Positions 30,500-41,612 of a stretch of 62,022 nt of DNA are shown here, piece by piece. The notes beneath the pieces were generated by a model. It was not told the origin of the DNA. It ran no database searches and saw only the letters and a list, made by a program, of their open reading frames with translations. Made by a program: the position numbers and the translations under genes. Each line of letters starts with the position of its first letter. Position 1 is the first letter of the stretch. The DNA is taken from contig JACQZC010000084.1 of NCBI GenBank assembly GCA_016207905.1, forward strand, positions 1 through 62,022. Reading direction: 5' to 3'. This DNA is from Nitrospirota bacterium. GTDB lineage: Bacteria; Nitrospirota; Thermodesulfovibrionia; Thermodesulfovibrionales; JdFR-86.

Positions 30500-31721
30500 T
30501 GGTTTTTATCCTTACGCTGTCTTTTAGACCTGGGGTGTCAGGATTGATTAAAACCTCAGCGCCTTCTTTTATGCCTGAGATTATCTGAGTATATGTCCAG
30601 TTAAAAAGCCCTATCTTGACCTCCTTGAGTCTTGCCCTTGTGCCTTCTTTCACATAGAGATGTTTTTTCCCATCTTTTTCAACCACTGCCTGAGACGGAA
30701 CTACAATGGCATCACCTGCCGTCGAGACAACTATCTCTATGTCTGCCGACATTCCGGGCTTCACCTGAATGTCTTTTCCCTTAAACCTGCTTCTTACTTC
30801 AAATGACCTTGTCTCTTGTTTTCCACCCAAAACCACAGGAGATATTGCATATAGCCTGCCAGAAAATGTTTTTTCTGGATAAGCATCCAGAGATATATGG
30901 ACATCCTGACCTATTTTTACCTTTCCCACATCCGCCTCATCTATAAATGCCTCTATGTAAAACGAGTCTATTTTGGTAACAGTGGCAATGAGGGCTCCCT
31001 TTATAACAGTCTCGCCCAGCTTCACAGGTCGGGCCGACACAACACCTGAGATGGGCGATTTTATAAATGAGTATTTATAATTCAGCTCCGCAAGTGCCAG
31101 TTGATTGACCGCCTCTTTTATGGTTGCCTCCTGTGCCTTAATCTTGCCTTTCTTTGCATTAAGCCTGTCTTTTCCCGAAAGTGCAAAGTCGTAGTTTGCC
31201 TTTGAGACATCGTAATTCAACTCTGCGGAGTCAAGCTCGGTTTCCGAAACAAAGCCCTCTCCCTTAAGGTCTTTAAGCCTTTTAAGCCTTTTATTAGCCT
31301 CCTTGAGATTAGCCTCTGCCTTTTGAATGCCTGTCTCTACCTCTACCTTTAAAGCCTCAATCGCAGTCTTCATCTCCTCAAGCAGTGCCTTAGCTTTTTC
31401 ATGTGATGCCTTGGCTATTTGAACTGAAAGATATGCCTCCTCAGAGTCAAGCTCTGCAATGGTTTCGCCTGCCTTTACAATGTCACCTTCCTCGACTAAG
31501 AGTCTTGAAATCCTTCCTATTCTCTGGGCAGTGACCTTTACCTCCATATCGGATTTTATGGTTCCTGTTGCAATGCCCGACACTGTAAGCTCGATAGACT
31601 GTCGGCTTGCTATCTGTGTCTTCACCTCGATAGATGTAAATCTCTTTTTTAAAGCAAAAAATAAAACTGCTGATACCAAAATTAGGATGAGCCAGAAGGA
31701 TACCCTTTTATAAAATATCAT
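30483..31721 (-). CDS. Efflux periplasmic adaptor (HlyD/MacA family)
   Basis: 412 aa. N-terminal TM helix, long coiled-coil hairpin, beta-barrel C-terminal part. Confidence 0.85.
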   Translation of the reverse strand: MIFYKRVSFWLILILVSAVLFFALKKRFTSIEVKTQIASRQSIELTVSGIATGTIKSDMEVKVTAQRIGRISRLLVEEGDIVKAGETIAELDSEEAYLSVQIAKASHEKAKALLEEMKTAIEALKVEVETGIQKAEANLKEANKRLKRLKDLKGEGFVSETELDSAELNYDVSKANYDFALSGKDRLNAKKGKIKAQEATIKEAVNQLALAELNYKYSFIKSPISGVVSARPVKLGETVIKGALIATVTKIDSFYIEAFIDEADVGKVKIGQDVHISLDAYPEKTFSGRLYAISPVVLGGKQETRSFEVRSRFKGKDIQVKPGMSADIEIVVSTAGDAIVVPSQAVVEKDGKKHLYVKEGTRARLKEVKIGLFNWTYTQIISGIKEGAEVLINPDTPGLKDSVRIKTSESDH

Positions 31722-32464
31722 CTTGTCTTTTCTACCTCGCCAACCATTGGGACAAAAGAAACTGGTCCCATCTGGGTAAGCTCTATCTCTGCCTTTTTCT
31801 TGGTTACAAGCGTAAGGGTCTGGTAATAAAGAGTGCTTCCAAGCGGAACAATGAGTCTTCCGCCTTCTTTAAGCTGTTTGATAAGAGGCGGAGGGATATG
31901 GTTTGCAGAGGCAGTTATGATTATGGCATCGAATGGTGCATACTCCTGCCAGCCAAAATATCCATCTGCATGTTTGACCTTGATGTTCCTGTAGCCCATC
32001 TCCTTAAGCCTCCTTTCAGCCTCCTCTGAAAGCCCCTTTCTTATCTCTATCGTATAGACCTCTTTGACGAGCTCGGCAAGCACTGCGGCTTGATACCCTG
32101 AGCCTGTCCCTATCTCGAGGACCCTGTCAGTTGGGCTAAGCATTAGTGCCTCTGTCATAAGTGCAACCACATATGGCTGCGATATTGTCTGACCCTCTCC
32201 TATAGGAAGCGGATAATCGCCATATGCCTTATCCATATAATGCCTCGGCACAAAGAGATGTCTTGGAATAGCTCTCATTGCCTTTAAAACCAGTTCATCT
32301 CTAATTCCCTTTGCCAATATGTCCTCCTCCACCATCTGCCTTCGCCTTTCGCTATAGATGTCACTAACCTCTGCCGAGGTCACAGAAAACAAAAGACATG
32401 CGGTAAGGAAAATAATATATCTAACCATATTTAATATTACAGCAAAAAACCTTAAAATGAACAT
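31718..32464 (-). CDS. pcm: Protein-L-isoaspartate O-methyltransferase
   Basis: [15 protein letters not shown] and [16 protein letters not shown] motifs. Has an N-terminal hydrophobic leader. Confidence 0.9.
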   Translation of the reverse strand: MFILRFFAVILNMVRYIIFLTACLLFSVTSAEVSDIYSERRRQMVEEDILAKGIRDELVLKAMRAIPRHLFVPRHYMDKAYGDYPLPIGEGQTISQPYVVALMTEALMLSPTDRVLEIGTGSGYQAAVLAELVKEVYTIEIRKGLSEEAERRLKEMGYRNIKVKHADGYFGWQEYAPFDAIIITASANHIPPPLIKQLKEGGRLIVPLGSTLYYQTLTLVTKKKAEIELTQMGPVSFVPMVGEVEKTR

Positions 32465-32532
32465 AATAATTCATATCTATCGATACCGGTTGGATTGACT
32501 TTTATATAGAGGGTATTTTATAAAACACTTAT

Positions 32533-32605
32533 GCGGGCGTAACTCAGTTGGTAGAGTGCCTGCTTCCCAAGCAGGTTGTCGCGGGTTCAAGTCCCGTCGC
32601 CCGCT
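32533..32605 (+). tRNA. tRNA-Gly (anticodon CCC)
   Basis: Hand-folded cloverleaf: acceptor gcgggcg/cgcccgc, anticodon stem cctgc/gcagg, loop ttCCCaa, T-loop ttcaagt, discriminator U. No encoded CCA. Confidence 0.9.
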
Positions 32606-32700
32606 CTTTCTGATATTTTTCCCTTGAAATATTTTATTAAAAATTTTAGAGTATAACCAGAATTATATTGGAATTATAATTTCAATAAAGGGAGGTCATT

Positions 32701-33357
32701 ATGCCTGAGTTTAAAAGTCGTGAGGAATACGAGGAGTGGAAGGCTAAAAGGGCGGCAGAGGCTAAGGAGAAAATAGCAACAGGAGACATAAGGAAACCCA
32801 GTGTAGGACCTGTAGATACAAGTGAAAGTAAAGGAGAGACAAGAATGGGGATTAAAAAATTCTCACCTGTAATTTTCGGGATTATCATTATTTGTTTTTT
32901 CCTTCCGTTTATGCATCTTTCCTGTCAGGGGCAGAAGGTTGGCAAAAGCATTTCTGGTTTTCAGCTAATCACAGGCACAACCATAGACATGGACATGCCG
33001 GATATGAGCCAGATGATGCAGCAACAGCCAGGAGGCATGCCTGGGCAGGAGCCAACCGCGAAGGCTGGTCAGAAAGTAGAGATACAGCCATTTGCAATTG
33101 CGGCATTAGCAGTGGCAGTTTTAGGATTGGTCTTGAGCTTTCTTAGGGGCAATAAGAGTGCTATTGCACCTGCAATCTTAGGTGTAGTGGGATTGGTCAT
33201 GATTCTGCTTTTAAAATCAAAGCTCGATGGCGATATCACAAAGGAAGCAAGCGGAATGGTTCGGGTGGAATATGAGTTTGGTTTCTGGATTACAGCTGCG
33301 TTTTTCCTCTTAGCCGCAGGTCTGAACATATTTGTTTTCCTTAAAAAAGAAGAGTAG
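32701..33357 (+). CDS. Membrane protein of unknown function
   Basis: 218 aa. Charged N-terminus, about 4 TM helices, Met/Gln/Pro-rich loop. RBS gggagg. Confidence 0.55.
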   Translation: MPEFKSREEYEEWKAKRAAEAKEKIATGDIRKPSVGPVDTSESKGETRMGIKKFSPVIFGIIIICFFLPFMHLSCQGQKVGKSISGFQLITGTTIDMDMPDMSQMMQQQPGGMPGQEPTAKAGQKVEIQPFAIAALAVAVLGLVLSFLRGNKSAIAPAILGVVGLVMILLLKSKLDGDITKEASGMVRVEYEFGFWITAAFFLLAAGLNIFVFLKKEE

Positions 33358-33359
33358 GG

Positions 33360-33884
33360 CTGAGACACATCGTTATAGGAGTAGGAGGAAGCCAAAGCAA
33401 GGCAGGGAAGACAGAAGTTGCCTGTAACCTTTTAAAAAGGCTAAAAGGCTGGGCCGCTATAAAATACACTAAGACAAACCTTTATAGCTCTATCATAGAT
33501 GACCCTGAGGTTCTGCGGCAGAAAGGCAAAGACACAGAAAGACTCCTTAGGGCAGGTGCCGAAGAGGTCCTATGGGTTTCATCCCCAAAAGAGGCTCTTA
33601 AAGAAATCCTTTCAATGGCAATAGATAGGCTTTCCCATCTTAAGGGCATTATCATCGAGGGCAATAGTGCGATTGAGGTTTTAATGCCTGATATTGTAAT
33701 ATTTGTATATAAAGGCGGATTTAAAAAATCTGCGGAAAACACCTTAAAGATGGCTGATGTTATTATAGGAGACAGAGGGCTCAAGCTAAAGGGAAAACCG
33801 GTGTTTTCTCCTGAGGACGAAGAAGGCTATATAAGCTTTATCATAGGACTTATAGATGGATACAAGGATAAAAGAGGTGCTTAA
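33360..33884 (+). CDS. P-loop NTPase-like protein (MobB-like?), no canonical start codon
   Basis: The open frame runs from the TAA at 33342 and encodes IVIGVGGSQSKAGKTEVA... upstream of the track ORF (33615). No ATG, GTG or TTG occurs before 33615. Candidate starts are CTG 33360 or ATC 33369. Confidence 0.4.
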   Translation: MRHIVIGVGGSQSKAGKTEVACNLLKRLKGWAAIKYTKTNLYSSIIDDPEVLRQKGKDTERLLRAGAEEVLWVSSPKEALKEILSMAIDRLSHLKGIIIEGNSAIEVLMPDIVIFVYKGGFKKSAENTLKMADVIIGDRGLKLKGKPVFSPEDEEGYISFIIGLIDGYKDKRGA

Positions 33885-34026
33885 AGAGAAGTCATCCGAA
33901 GGCAGGATTAGCTGTGCCATGGCAAGGCAGATTGCAGAGACCTATAAGGTTTCTTACGGAGAGGTTGGAAGAGCCGCAGATGAGCTCAGGATAAAGATTA
34001 CAGACTGCGAGCTTGGGTGCTTTTGA
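33856..34026 (+). CDS. Small Cys-containing protein (56 aa), unknown function
   Basis: MDTRIKEVLKEKSSEGRISCAMARQIAETYKVSYGEVGRAADELRIKITDCELGCF. Below the track cutoff. Overlaps both neighbouring genes. Confidence 0.4.
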   Translation: MDTRIKEVLKEKSSEGRISCAMARQIAETYKVSYGEVGRAADELRIKITDCELGCF

Positions 34027-34847
34027 TGGACACAGGCACCCTCTCATTTGAGCTTGCACTGACGCTTTATCTCGCCGCAGTACTTATAGGTATCATAGAG
34101 CTTTTCAAAAGCACAAAGACGACATCCCGTTTCATGCTTGTTATAGCAGGCTTTGGTTTCTTTAGCCACAGCATAAGCATCATCTACAGGTATGTCATCG
34201 CAGGGCACATACCAATATCGAATGCGCATGAGGCAACATCGTTTTTTTCATGGTGTATCGTTTTCATGTTTTTTATCATAGAATTCAGATACAGGATTGG
34301 CCTTCTGGGGTCTTTCATAATGCCGATTGTATTTGTCCTCATGCTTTCATCCTCCATGCTTCCAAGAGAGATTAAGGACCTGAGTCCTATGCTTCAGAGC
34401 AATTGGCTTGGAATACACACTGTGTTTGCGTTTTTAGGGAATGCCGCATTTGCCATGGCATTTGGCATCGGAGTCATGTATCTTGTGCAGGAGCGATTTG
34501 TAAGGTCAAAGCACATAGGGGACCTCTTCAGGAGGCTTCCATCTCTTCAGAGCCTCGATGAGATTAACTACAGGCTTATCACATGGGGATTCCCGCTTTT
34601 TACCTTAGCCATAATAACAGGCTCTTTGTGGGCAAACACTGCATGGGGCTCATACTGGAGATGGGACCCAAGGGAGGTCTGGTCACTCGTAACATGGCTC
34701 ATCTATGCCACAATCCTCCATGCAAGGCTCCTCGCAGGCTGGAGAGGAAAAAGGGCCGCAATTCTTTCGATAATAGGCTTCCTTACGATACTCATTGCCT
34801 TCTTTGGCATAAAACTTCTTGAAAAGGGAAGGCATGTATTCCTATGA
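34017..34847 (+). CDS. ccsA: Cytochrome c assembly protein CcsA/HemX-like
   Basis: 276 aa polytopic protein. Trp-rich motif WGSYWRWDPREVW. Located upstream of hemA as in hemAX operons. Confidence 0.8.
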   Translation: MLLMDTGTLSFELALTLYLAAVLIGIIELFKSTKTTSRFMLVIAGFGFFSHSISIIYRYVIAGHIPISNAHEATSFFSWCIVFMFFIIEFRYRIGLLGSFIMPIVFVLMLSSSMLPREIKDLSPMLQSNWLGIHTVFAFLGNAAFAMAFGIGVMYLVQERFVRSKHIGDLFRRLPSLQSLDEINYRLITWGFPLFTLAIITGSLWANTAWGSYWRWDPREVWSLVTWLIYATILHARLLAGWRGKRAAILSIIGFLTILIAFFGIKLLEKGRHVFL

Positions 34848-36106
34848 ACATCCTTGTCGTTGGACTGAACCATAAGATTGCCGATGTCGAGGTAAGGGAA
34901 AAGCTTGCCTTTGAAGGTCCAAGGCTTCATGAGGGGCTCATGGGGTTGAAAGGGCTTCCGGGCTTTTTAGAGGCAGTGGTGCTTTCTACTTGTAACAGGG
35001 TTGAGATTTACACGAATGTATTGGACAAAGATGAAGCATCGGATGCCATTAAGGGATTCATATCGGAGTTTCACGGAATAAAAAGCCATCTCCTTGAGTC
35101 CGCACTTTATTTCCTGAGCGGAAAAGATGCAGTAAGGCATATCTTCAGGGTTGCCTCTTCTTTAGACTCTATGATTGTCGGCGAGCCCCAGATATTAGGT
35201 CAGCTTAAGGATGCATTCGAGTTTGCCCTACTTAAAAAGACAACAGGGGTGCTTCTTAATAAGCTCATGAAAAAGGCAATCTCCGTTGCAAAGAGGGTAA
35301 GAACAGAGACCAAGATTGCAGAGAATGCTGTCTCGATAAGTTTTGCGGGAGTGGAGCTCGCAAGAAAGATTTTTACGGATATCTCCGAAAAGTCGGTCAT
35401 GCTTCTCGGAGCAGGCGAGATGGCAGAGCTTGCCGCAAGACATCTCGTCTCCTCTGGTGTCAGGGAGATTGTGGTTGCAAACAGGACTTTTGAGCGAGGG
35501 GTGGAGCTTGCTAAAGAATTCGGAGGCAGGGCAGTAAGGTTCAATGAGTTCCTTCATGAGATGAGGCACACAGACATAGTAATATGCTCCACAGGAGCAC
35601 CAACATATGTTGTCACAAAGGCAGAGATGCATGCAGTCATGAAGGAAAGAAAACAAAAACCTGTATTCATAATAGACATATCGGTCCCAAGGAACATAGA
35701 CCCTGAGATAAACAGGATGGAAAATGTATTCCTCTACGATGTGGATGACTTACAGGGCGTGATTGACACAAACATGCTCGAAAGGAAAAAAGAGGCTGAA
35801 AAGGCAGAAGGCATTATAGCAGAGGAAGTGGAGACATTCCTCAGATGGTTTGAGTCTCTGGATGCAGTGCCTGCAATCGTAGCCCTAAGAGAGATGGCAG
35901 AGGGCATAAAAAAGGAGGAGATAGAAAGGCTTCTTAATAGACTTCCTGAATTGGGAGAAAAAGAAAGAAAGGCAGTCGAATATATGGCAACTGCAATAGT
36001 CAATAAACTTATACACTCTCCGACAGTTGCCCTAAAAGAGGACTCGGAAGACAAAGAGTTTCTCATCGCAACCATAAAAAGGCTTTACGGCATAAACGGG
36101 CAGTGA
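34844..36106 (+). CDS. hemA: Glutamyl-tRNA reductase
   Basis: 420 aa. [11 protein letters not shown] active-site Cys motif and NADPH motif LLGAGEMAE. Confidence 0.95.
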   Translation: MNILVVGLNHKIADVEVREKLAFEGPRLHEGLMGLKGLPGFLEAVVLSTCNRVEIYTNVLDKDEASDAIKGFISEFHGIKSHLLESALYFLSGKDAVRHIFRVASSLDSMIVGEPQILGQLKDAFEFALLKKTTGVLLNKLMKKAISVAKRVRTETKIAENAVSISFAGVELARKIFTDISEKSVMLLGAGEMAELAARHLVSSGVREIVVANRTFERGVELAKEFGGRAVRFNEFLHEMRHTDIVICSTGAPTYVVTKAEMHAVMKERKQKPVFIIDISVPRNIDPEINRMENVFLYDVDDLQGVIDTNMLERKKEAEKAEGIIAEEVETFLRWFESLDAVPAIVALREMAEGIKKEEIERLLNRLPELGEKERKAVEYMATAIVNKLIHSPTVALKEDSEDKEFLIATIKRLYGINGQ

Positions 36107-37044
36107 AATCTAAAGTCATAATTGGCACACGCGGAAGCAAGCTTGCCCTATGGCAGTCAGAATGGGTGATGTCCAATCTTCAGAGACTTAACCCCAAGCT
36201 TCATGTTGTGCTTTTAAAAATAAAGACAACAGGGGATAAGATTCTGGATGTGCCTCTTTCAAAGGTTGGGGGCAAAGGGCTTTTTGTTAAAGAGATAGAA
36301 GAGGCACTACTAAAAGGCAAGGCTGACCTTGCGGTTCATAGCATGAAGGATGTCCCAACTGACCTGCCAGAGGGGCTTCACCTCAGTGCAGTCTTAGAAA
36401 GGGAAGACCCAAGAGATGCATTCATTGCAAAAAAAGGAATAAGCTCTTTTCAGAGCCTTCCTCATAATAGCCACATAGGCACATCGAGTCTCAGGCGCTC
36501 ATGTCAGCTCCTTAGCTTGAGGCCTGATTTGGAGATAACCTCCTTAAGGGGTAATCTCGACACACGCTTAAGAAAGCTCGACGAAGGACGATTCGATGCA
36601 ATAATCCTTGCACTGGCAGGCGTAAAAAGGCTCGGGTTTGAAAATGTAATTACAGAAATCCTTTCTCCAGAGATAAGCCTTCCTGCCATAGGACAGGGTG
36701 CGATAGGCATAGAATGCAGGGTAAAGGATGAATTCATAAACAGGCTACTGTCTTCGTTAAACCACACAGAGACAGCACTATGCGTTAAGGCAGAGAGGGC
36801 TATGCTCAGGAGGCTTGAAGGCGGCTGTCAGGTGCCAATAGCCGCACATGCAAGACTTCTAAAGAAAGAGCTTTTTATTCGAGGGCTTGTTGGAAGCATC
36901 TCAGGAGATATGATAATTAGGTCTGAGATAAAAGGAAGCCCTGAGGATGCAGATGCCTTAGGTATAAGGCTTGCCGAAGACCTCCTTACAAAGGGCGCAA
37001 GGGAGATATTAGATGAGGTCTATGGAAGAAAATATAGCCTGTAA
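36103..37044 (+). CDS. hemC: Hydroxymethylbilane synthase (porphobilinogen deaminase)
   Basis: 313 aa. [29 protein letters not shown] motifs. Confidence 0.95.
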   Translation: MKSKVIIGTRGSKLALWQSEWVMSNLQRLNPKLHVVLLKIKTTGDKILDVPLSKVGGKGLFVKEIEEALLKGKADLAVHSMKDVPTDLPEGLHLSAVLEREDPRDAFIAKKGISSFQSLPHNSHIGTSSLRRSCQLLSLRPDLEITSLRGNLDTRLRKLDEGRFDAIILALAGVKRLGFENVITEILSPEISLPAIGQGAIGIECRVKDEFINRLLSSLNHTETALCVKAERAMLRRLEGGCQVPIAAHARLLKKELFIRGLVGSISGDMIIRSEIKGSPEDADALGIRLAEDLLTKGAREILDEVYGRKYSL

Positions 37045-37121
37045 ACGGCGAGATTGCAAGTTGACTTATAGCTCCCTTCGATTGCTTTTTAAAAAGAGGA
37101 AATGGTATAAAATGTAGTGCC

Positions 37122-37571
37122 ATGATAGATGGTGTTGTGATAAAACCTTTAAGAAAGATACCTGATGAGCGGGGCTGTATATATCACATGCTCAGGGCAG
37201 ATGACCCTGAGTTTGAGAAGTTTGGCGAGATATATTTTTCCACAGTCTATCCCAATGTAATCAAAGGATGGCACATCCATAAGAGGATGACTCTAAACTA
37301 TGCAGTCATACAGGGAATGATAAAACTTGTGCTTTACGATGAGCGAAAGGACTCGGCAACCAAAGGCGAACTTATGGAGCTTTTTATGGGAGAGGAAAAC
37401 TATGTGCTTGTAAAAATCCCTCCAATGGTATGGAACGGAACAAAAGGCATAGGCATTAAGCCTGCGATTATTGCAAACTGTGCCACCCTTCCTCATGACC
37501 CTGAGGAGATTGAAAGGCTCGAGCCATTCGACAAAAGAATTCCCTATGACTGGAGCCTTAAACATCGCTGA
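37122..37571 (+). CDS. RmlC-like cupin (dTDP-4-dehydrorhamnose 3,5-epimerase family, short form)
   Basis: 149 aa. The pattern DERGCIYHM ... GWHIHKRMT is typical of sugar epimerase/isomerase cupins. Confidence 0.65.
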   Translation: MIDGVVIKPLRKIPDERGCIYHMLRADDPEFEKFGEIYFSTVYPNVIKGWHIHKRMTLNYAVIQGMIKLVLYDERKDSATKGELMELFMGEENYVLVKIPPMVWNGTKGIGIKPAIIANCATLPHDPEEIERLEPFDKRIPYDWSLKHR

Positions 37572-37588
37572 GATTTAATTAACACATC

Positions 37589-38521
37589 ATGCCTCTTGTA
37601 AGCGTCATAATGAACTGCTATAACAGCTCGAAGTATCTTCGGGAGGCGATTGACAGTATCTATAGCCAGACATTCACGGACTGGGAGATTATCTTCTACG
37701 ATAACCTCTCGACAGACGAAAGCCCAGACATTGCAAAAAGCTATGACAGCAGGCTTAAATACTTCAGAGGCACGGAGTTTCTTCCACTTGGTGTAGCTCG
37801 GAACAAGGCATTCGAGAAGGCAAGCGGTAATTTCGTTTCATTTCTCGATTGCGATGATGTGTGGATGCCAGAGCACCTAAGCTCTCACCTTAATGCATTT
37901 CAAAAAGACACGATTGTCGTTTACGGCAATTTCCTGATAAGGGACATGGCATCCAATAAGGAGTATGTCCCTTTTGACCCTGAAGGGGAATTCCACTCAG
38001 GCAGTATCACAAGGCATCTATGTAAGAAAAACTTCATATGGCTTCAGTCTGCTTTGGTAAAAAGGGATGCCGTAGAGAAACTCGAGTATCCATTTGACCC
38101 TGTGATGCTTGCCGAAGAGGACTTTGACCTTATGCTCAGGCTTTCCGAGATAGGGGAATTCAGATATATACCTGAGCCAACATTTATTTATAGGATGCAC
38201 GAAGGCAGTTGGACTTCCCTAAGAAGACATATCTTTGCACACGATGCCTCTTATCTTTTGGGGAAATACAAGGTAAGATTTCAAAAAGGCATGGTCAGGG
38301 ACTTAGCAAGACAGTATCTTATGACAGTTCGTCTTGACCTAAGTGAGTCAGGCTTCAGGGTATTCCCATTTCTCAGACTCGGATTCAATCTAAGGCAGAT
38401 AGGCATCTCGCTTTTATTTTTGCTTTTTCCGGGAAAAAATATATGGGCACTAAAGGCAAAACTGCGGAAACCCCTCAAAATCCTGAATTCCTTCTTGAGC
38501 CTTTTCAGAAAAGGAAAATGA
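37589..38521 (+). CDS. Family 2 glycosyltransferase
   Basis: VSVIMNCYNSSKYLREAIDSIYSQTF and DCDD motifs. Confidence 0.88.
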   Translation: MPLVSVIMNCYNSSKYLREAIDSIYSQTFTDWEIIFYDNLSTDESPDIAKSYDSRLKYFRGTEFLPLGVARNKAFEKASGNFVSFLDCDDVWMPEHLSSHLNAFQKDTIVVYGNFLIRDMASNKEYVPFDPEGEFHSGSITRHLCKKNFIWLQSALVKRDAVEKLEYPFDPVMLAEEDFDLMLRLSEIGEFRYIPEPTFIYRMHEGSWTSLRRHIFAHDASYLLGKYKVRFQKGMVRDLARQYLMTVRLDLSESGFRVFPFLRLGFNLRQIGISLLFLLFPGKNIWALKAKLRKPLKILNSFLSLFRKGK

Positions 38522-38553
38522 GTTATATGTCAATAATAGTGGTAAATTAAGGT

Positions 38554-39801
38554 ATGCATCTATTTAGATATAAAGGAAACGAGCTTTATGCAGAGGATGT
38601 TCCTGTAAAGACACTTGCGGACAGGTATGGAACTCCTTTATATGTCTATAGCTCAAACACCCTCCTCAGGCATTTAAATGCATATCAGGATGCATTCGAT
38701 GGTTTTCCAAATATCATCTGTTTTGCCCTGAAGGCAAACTCAAATCTCTCGATACTCAGGCTTCTCGGGAAAAACGGCTCAGGCGCAGACATAGTCTCAG
38801 GAGGAGAGCTTTATAGGGCACTTAAGGCAGGCATCCCTGCCAAAAGGATAGTCTATGCAGGGGTCGGAAAGACAGAGGATGAGATAAGATACGCCATTGA
38901 TGCAGGAATACTCATGTTTAATGTAGAGTCCTTCTCCGAACTTATGGAGATAGACAGGATTGCACGGGTGATGAAAAAAAAGGCTTGCATTGCCCTCAGG
39001 GTCAACCCTGATATAGACCCGGAAACGCATCCTTATATTGCAACAGGACTTAAGAGCCAGAAATTCGGCATACCAATAGAGGATGCGATTGAACACTACA
39101 AGTCTGCCGCAAGGCTCAAAGGCATTAACATTATAGGTATCCATAAGCATCTTGGCTCTCAGATAACAAAGGTCTCTCCTTTTGTCGAGGGGCTTAGAAG
39201 AACGCTTCTTCTTGTGGATAAGCTTGATGCATCGGGAATCGACATTCGTTACCTCGATATTGGTGGAGGGCTTGGTATTACCTATGACACCGAAACTCCA
39301 CCTCATCCGAAAGAGCTTGCAAGGCATATAATCCCTCTTCTTAATGGAAGGCAGGGACTAACGCTCATAGTAGAGCCCGGCCGTTCTATTTCGGGTAACG
39401 CAGGAATCCTTGTCTCAAGAGCCCTATATATCAAAAAAACACAGGACAAGGAGTTTCTCATCGTGGATGCGGGAATGAACGACCTCATGAGGCCATCCCT
39501 CTATGGAGCTTATCACAGGATTATCCCTGTGATAAGGACAGGACGGCGTAATCGCATTCAGGACATAGTAGGACCTATATGCGAGTCAGGGGATTTCCTT
39601 GCAAAGGAAAGAGAGCTTCCGAGGATTCGTCCAGGAGAGCACATTGCAGTGATTGGTGCAGGTGCATACGGGTTTTCAATGAGTTCAAACTACAATTCAA
39701 GACCGCTTCCTGCCGAGGTCATGGTAAAAGGTAAAAGACACTTCCTCATTCGTAAAAGGCAGACATACGAAGACCTCATAGCAGGCGAAAGACTTCTGTG
39801 A
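38554..39801 (+). CDS. lysA: Diaminopimelate decarboxylase
   Basis: 415 aa. FALKAN PLP-Lys motif, GGGLGI, EPGRSI, CESGD. Confidence 0.95.
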   Translation: MHLFRYKGNELYAEDVPVKTLADRYGTPLYVYSSNTLLRHLNAYQDAFDGFPNIICFALKANSNLSILRLLGKNGSGADIVSGGELYRALKAGIPAKRIVYAGVGKTEDEIRYAIDAGILMFNVESFSELMEIDRIARVMKKKACIALRVNPDIDPETHPYIATGLKSQKFGIPIEDAIEHYKSAARLKGINIIGIHKHLGSQITKVSPFVEGLRRTLLLVDKLDASGIDIRYLDIGGGLGITYDTETPPHPKELARHIIPLLNGRQGLTLIVEPGRSISGNAGILVSRALYIKKTQDKEFLIVDAGMNDLMRPSLYGAYHRIIPVIRTGRRNRIQDIVGPICESGDFLAKERELPRIRPGEHIAVIGAGAYGFSMSSNYNSRPLPAEVMVKGKRHFLIRKRQTYEDLIAGERLL

Positions 39802-40619
39802 CGAGCATCGGATTTACAAAGATGCATGCCCTCGGAAATGACTTTATAGTGATAGATGTCAGGGAATCTATCCCAGAGGGCATTACCGAGCTTTCAAAAA
39901 GGCTCTGCCATAGACGGCTTGGCATTGGTGCTGACCAGCTCATTCTGCTTTTGAAATCCGATATCGGAGACCTGAGAATGAGGATATTCAATTCAGATGG
40001 TGGAGAGGTTGAGATGTGCGGAAACGGCATAAGGTGCCTTGCAAAATACATCTGGGACAGGGGGATTTCCGAAAAAGATACCCTTAATATAGAGACATTG
40101 GCAGGCATAATAAAGCCCTCTAAGGCAGGCAGTCTCGTCTCTGTGGATATGGGGGTCCCTATACTTGAAGGAAAAGACATACCTGTCAATATCTCTGGAA
40201 GGGTGATTGATTACCCATTGGAGATTCAAGATAGGCTGTTTAACATCACATGCGTCTCGATGGGAAATCCCCATGCAGTTATATTCGTTAAGTCGGTTTC
40301 AGGATTCCCTGTAAGCCATTATGGTCCCCTGATAGAGCGGCATCAGCTTTTCCCAAAAAGAACGAATGTAGAGTTCGTAGAGGTCCTCACGCCTACCCAC
40401 ATTAAGATGAGGGTATGGGAAAGGGGCTCAGGCGAGACCCCTGCCTGCGGAACAGGTGCATCGGCATCTGTTGTTGCAGGTATACTTAAAGGGCTTACAG
40501 AGAGAAATGTCAGGGTAGAGCTTCAATACGGAGACTTGTTCATAGAGTGGACATCCGAGAGTCCTGTCTATATGACAGGTCCTGCTGAAGAGGTCTTTGA
40601 AGGACAGATAGATATATAA
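39798..40619 (+). CDS. dapF: Diaminopimelate epimerase
   Basis: 273 aa. FTKMHALGNDF, NSDGGEVEMCGNG, SGETPACGTG catalytic Cys motifs. Confidence 0.95.
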   Translation: MTSIGFTKMHALGNDFIVIDVRESIPEGITELSKRLCHRRLGIGADQLILLLKSDIGDLRMRIFNSDGGEVEMCGNGIRCLAKYIWDRGISEKDTLNIETLAGIIKPSKAGSLVSVDMGVPILEGKDIPVNISGRVIDYPLEIQDRLFNITCVSMGNPHAVIFVKSVSGFPVSHYGPLIERHQLFPKRTNVEFVEVLTPTHIKMRVWERGSGETPACGTGASASVVAGILKGLTERNVRVELQYGDLFIEWTSESPVYMTGPAEEVFEGQIDI

Positions 40620-40927
40620 CATGCTTTGGTAGTCTAAAATCTTCTGTGTAAAATCTTCTGAAATCGTTGCCATCTCCTTTTTTTATAGGTTCAATTTGAA
40701 TTCCCTAAGTGCTTGAATTATCTTCATTTTTATCGTTAGAGTGTTCAATCATGTTCAATTTGTTCAAATCAGCTCTGTTGTCATCCTTTACTTTCTCACC
40801 CTCGATGAGCCTTGCCTTGTCCATGAGTATTGCAGAGGCAATAACCTTGAAACACATCCTTTTTTTCTTTTGAGATTTTTTTATTCATATGTCGCACTAT
40901 ATCAGTAAAAGATGGAAGCAGTCAATA

Positions 40928-40969
40928 TGAAATGTTTCACTTGAAATGTTTCACCTGAAATAGTTCACC
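40928..40969. repeat. Three tandem 13-nt direct repeats (iteron/operator-like)
   Basis: tgaaatgtttcac (40928), tgaaatgtttcac (40942), tgaaatagttcac (40957). Spacing is 14-15 nt. Confidence 0.6.
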
Positions 40970-40984
40970 TAAGACATTTCCACA

Positions 40985-41346
40985 TTCGTCATTCCTGTGA
41001 AAACAAGAATCCAGCCCTTGTTACCTTTCCCTCTCTCCTTGCTCTGCCATTATACTGTTACCCATGTCCATAGGTTAATGTGTTACCTATGTTAGCAGGT
41101 TGCAACTCCGTTTCCCCTCCCCCTTGAGGGGGGAGGGCGAGGGTGGGGGTGATTGGACTTTTCTGTTCACCCTCTCCAAACCCCTCCCCTCAAGGGAGGG
41201 GATTTTTTTAGATACTCTGCAGATTGCTTGTGGGGATTACTAATTTTCCCCTCGACAGAAAAAAAGTAGTTTTAAGAAACAGTTTCGCTCCTGAGGAGCC
41301 TTTGTCATTCTGCACTTCTTGTCATTCTCCGGCTTGACCGGAGAAT
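40985..41346. repeat. Cluster of short palindromic REP-like repeats in a ~1-kb noncoding gap
   Basis: cccctcccccttgaggggggaggg (41114-41137), cccctcccctcaagggagggg (41181-41201), hairpin attctccgg-N5-ccggagaat (41324-41346), and duplicated ttgtcattct. Confidence 0.65.
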
Positions 41347-41612
41347 CCAAGTTTTCTTTAAAAGCAAAAGGGGATTACTCCTGCTCTGTGTTCCCCTTGA
41401 CAGAGAAAGGATGCCTGCTTAAGATGATGTAACTGTCCCGATACTTCGGGATTTGTTTAAACTATTGAGAATTATACCCTTTTTCATATTTGCAAAATTC
41501 ATTTTGGACTGCCAGATACCAGACTCTATCGGACAGGTAGAGGAGTTCAATAGGCTGTTAGAGATAGCAGGAATAACACTTGAAATTTCGGCAGAAAATA
41601 AGTAAAACTTAA

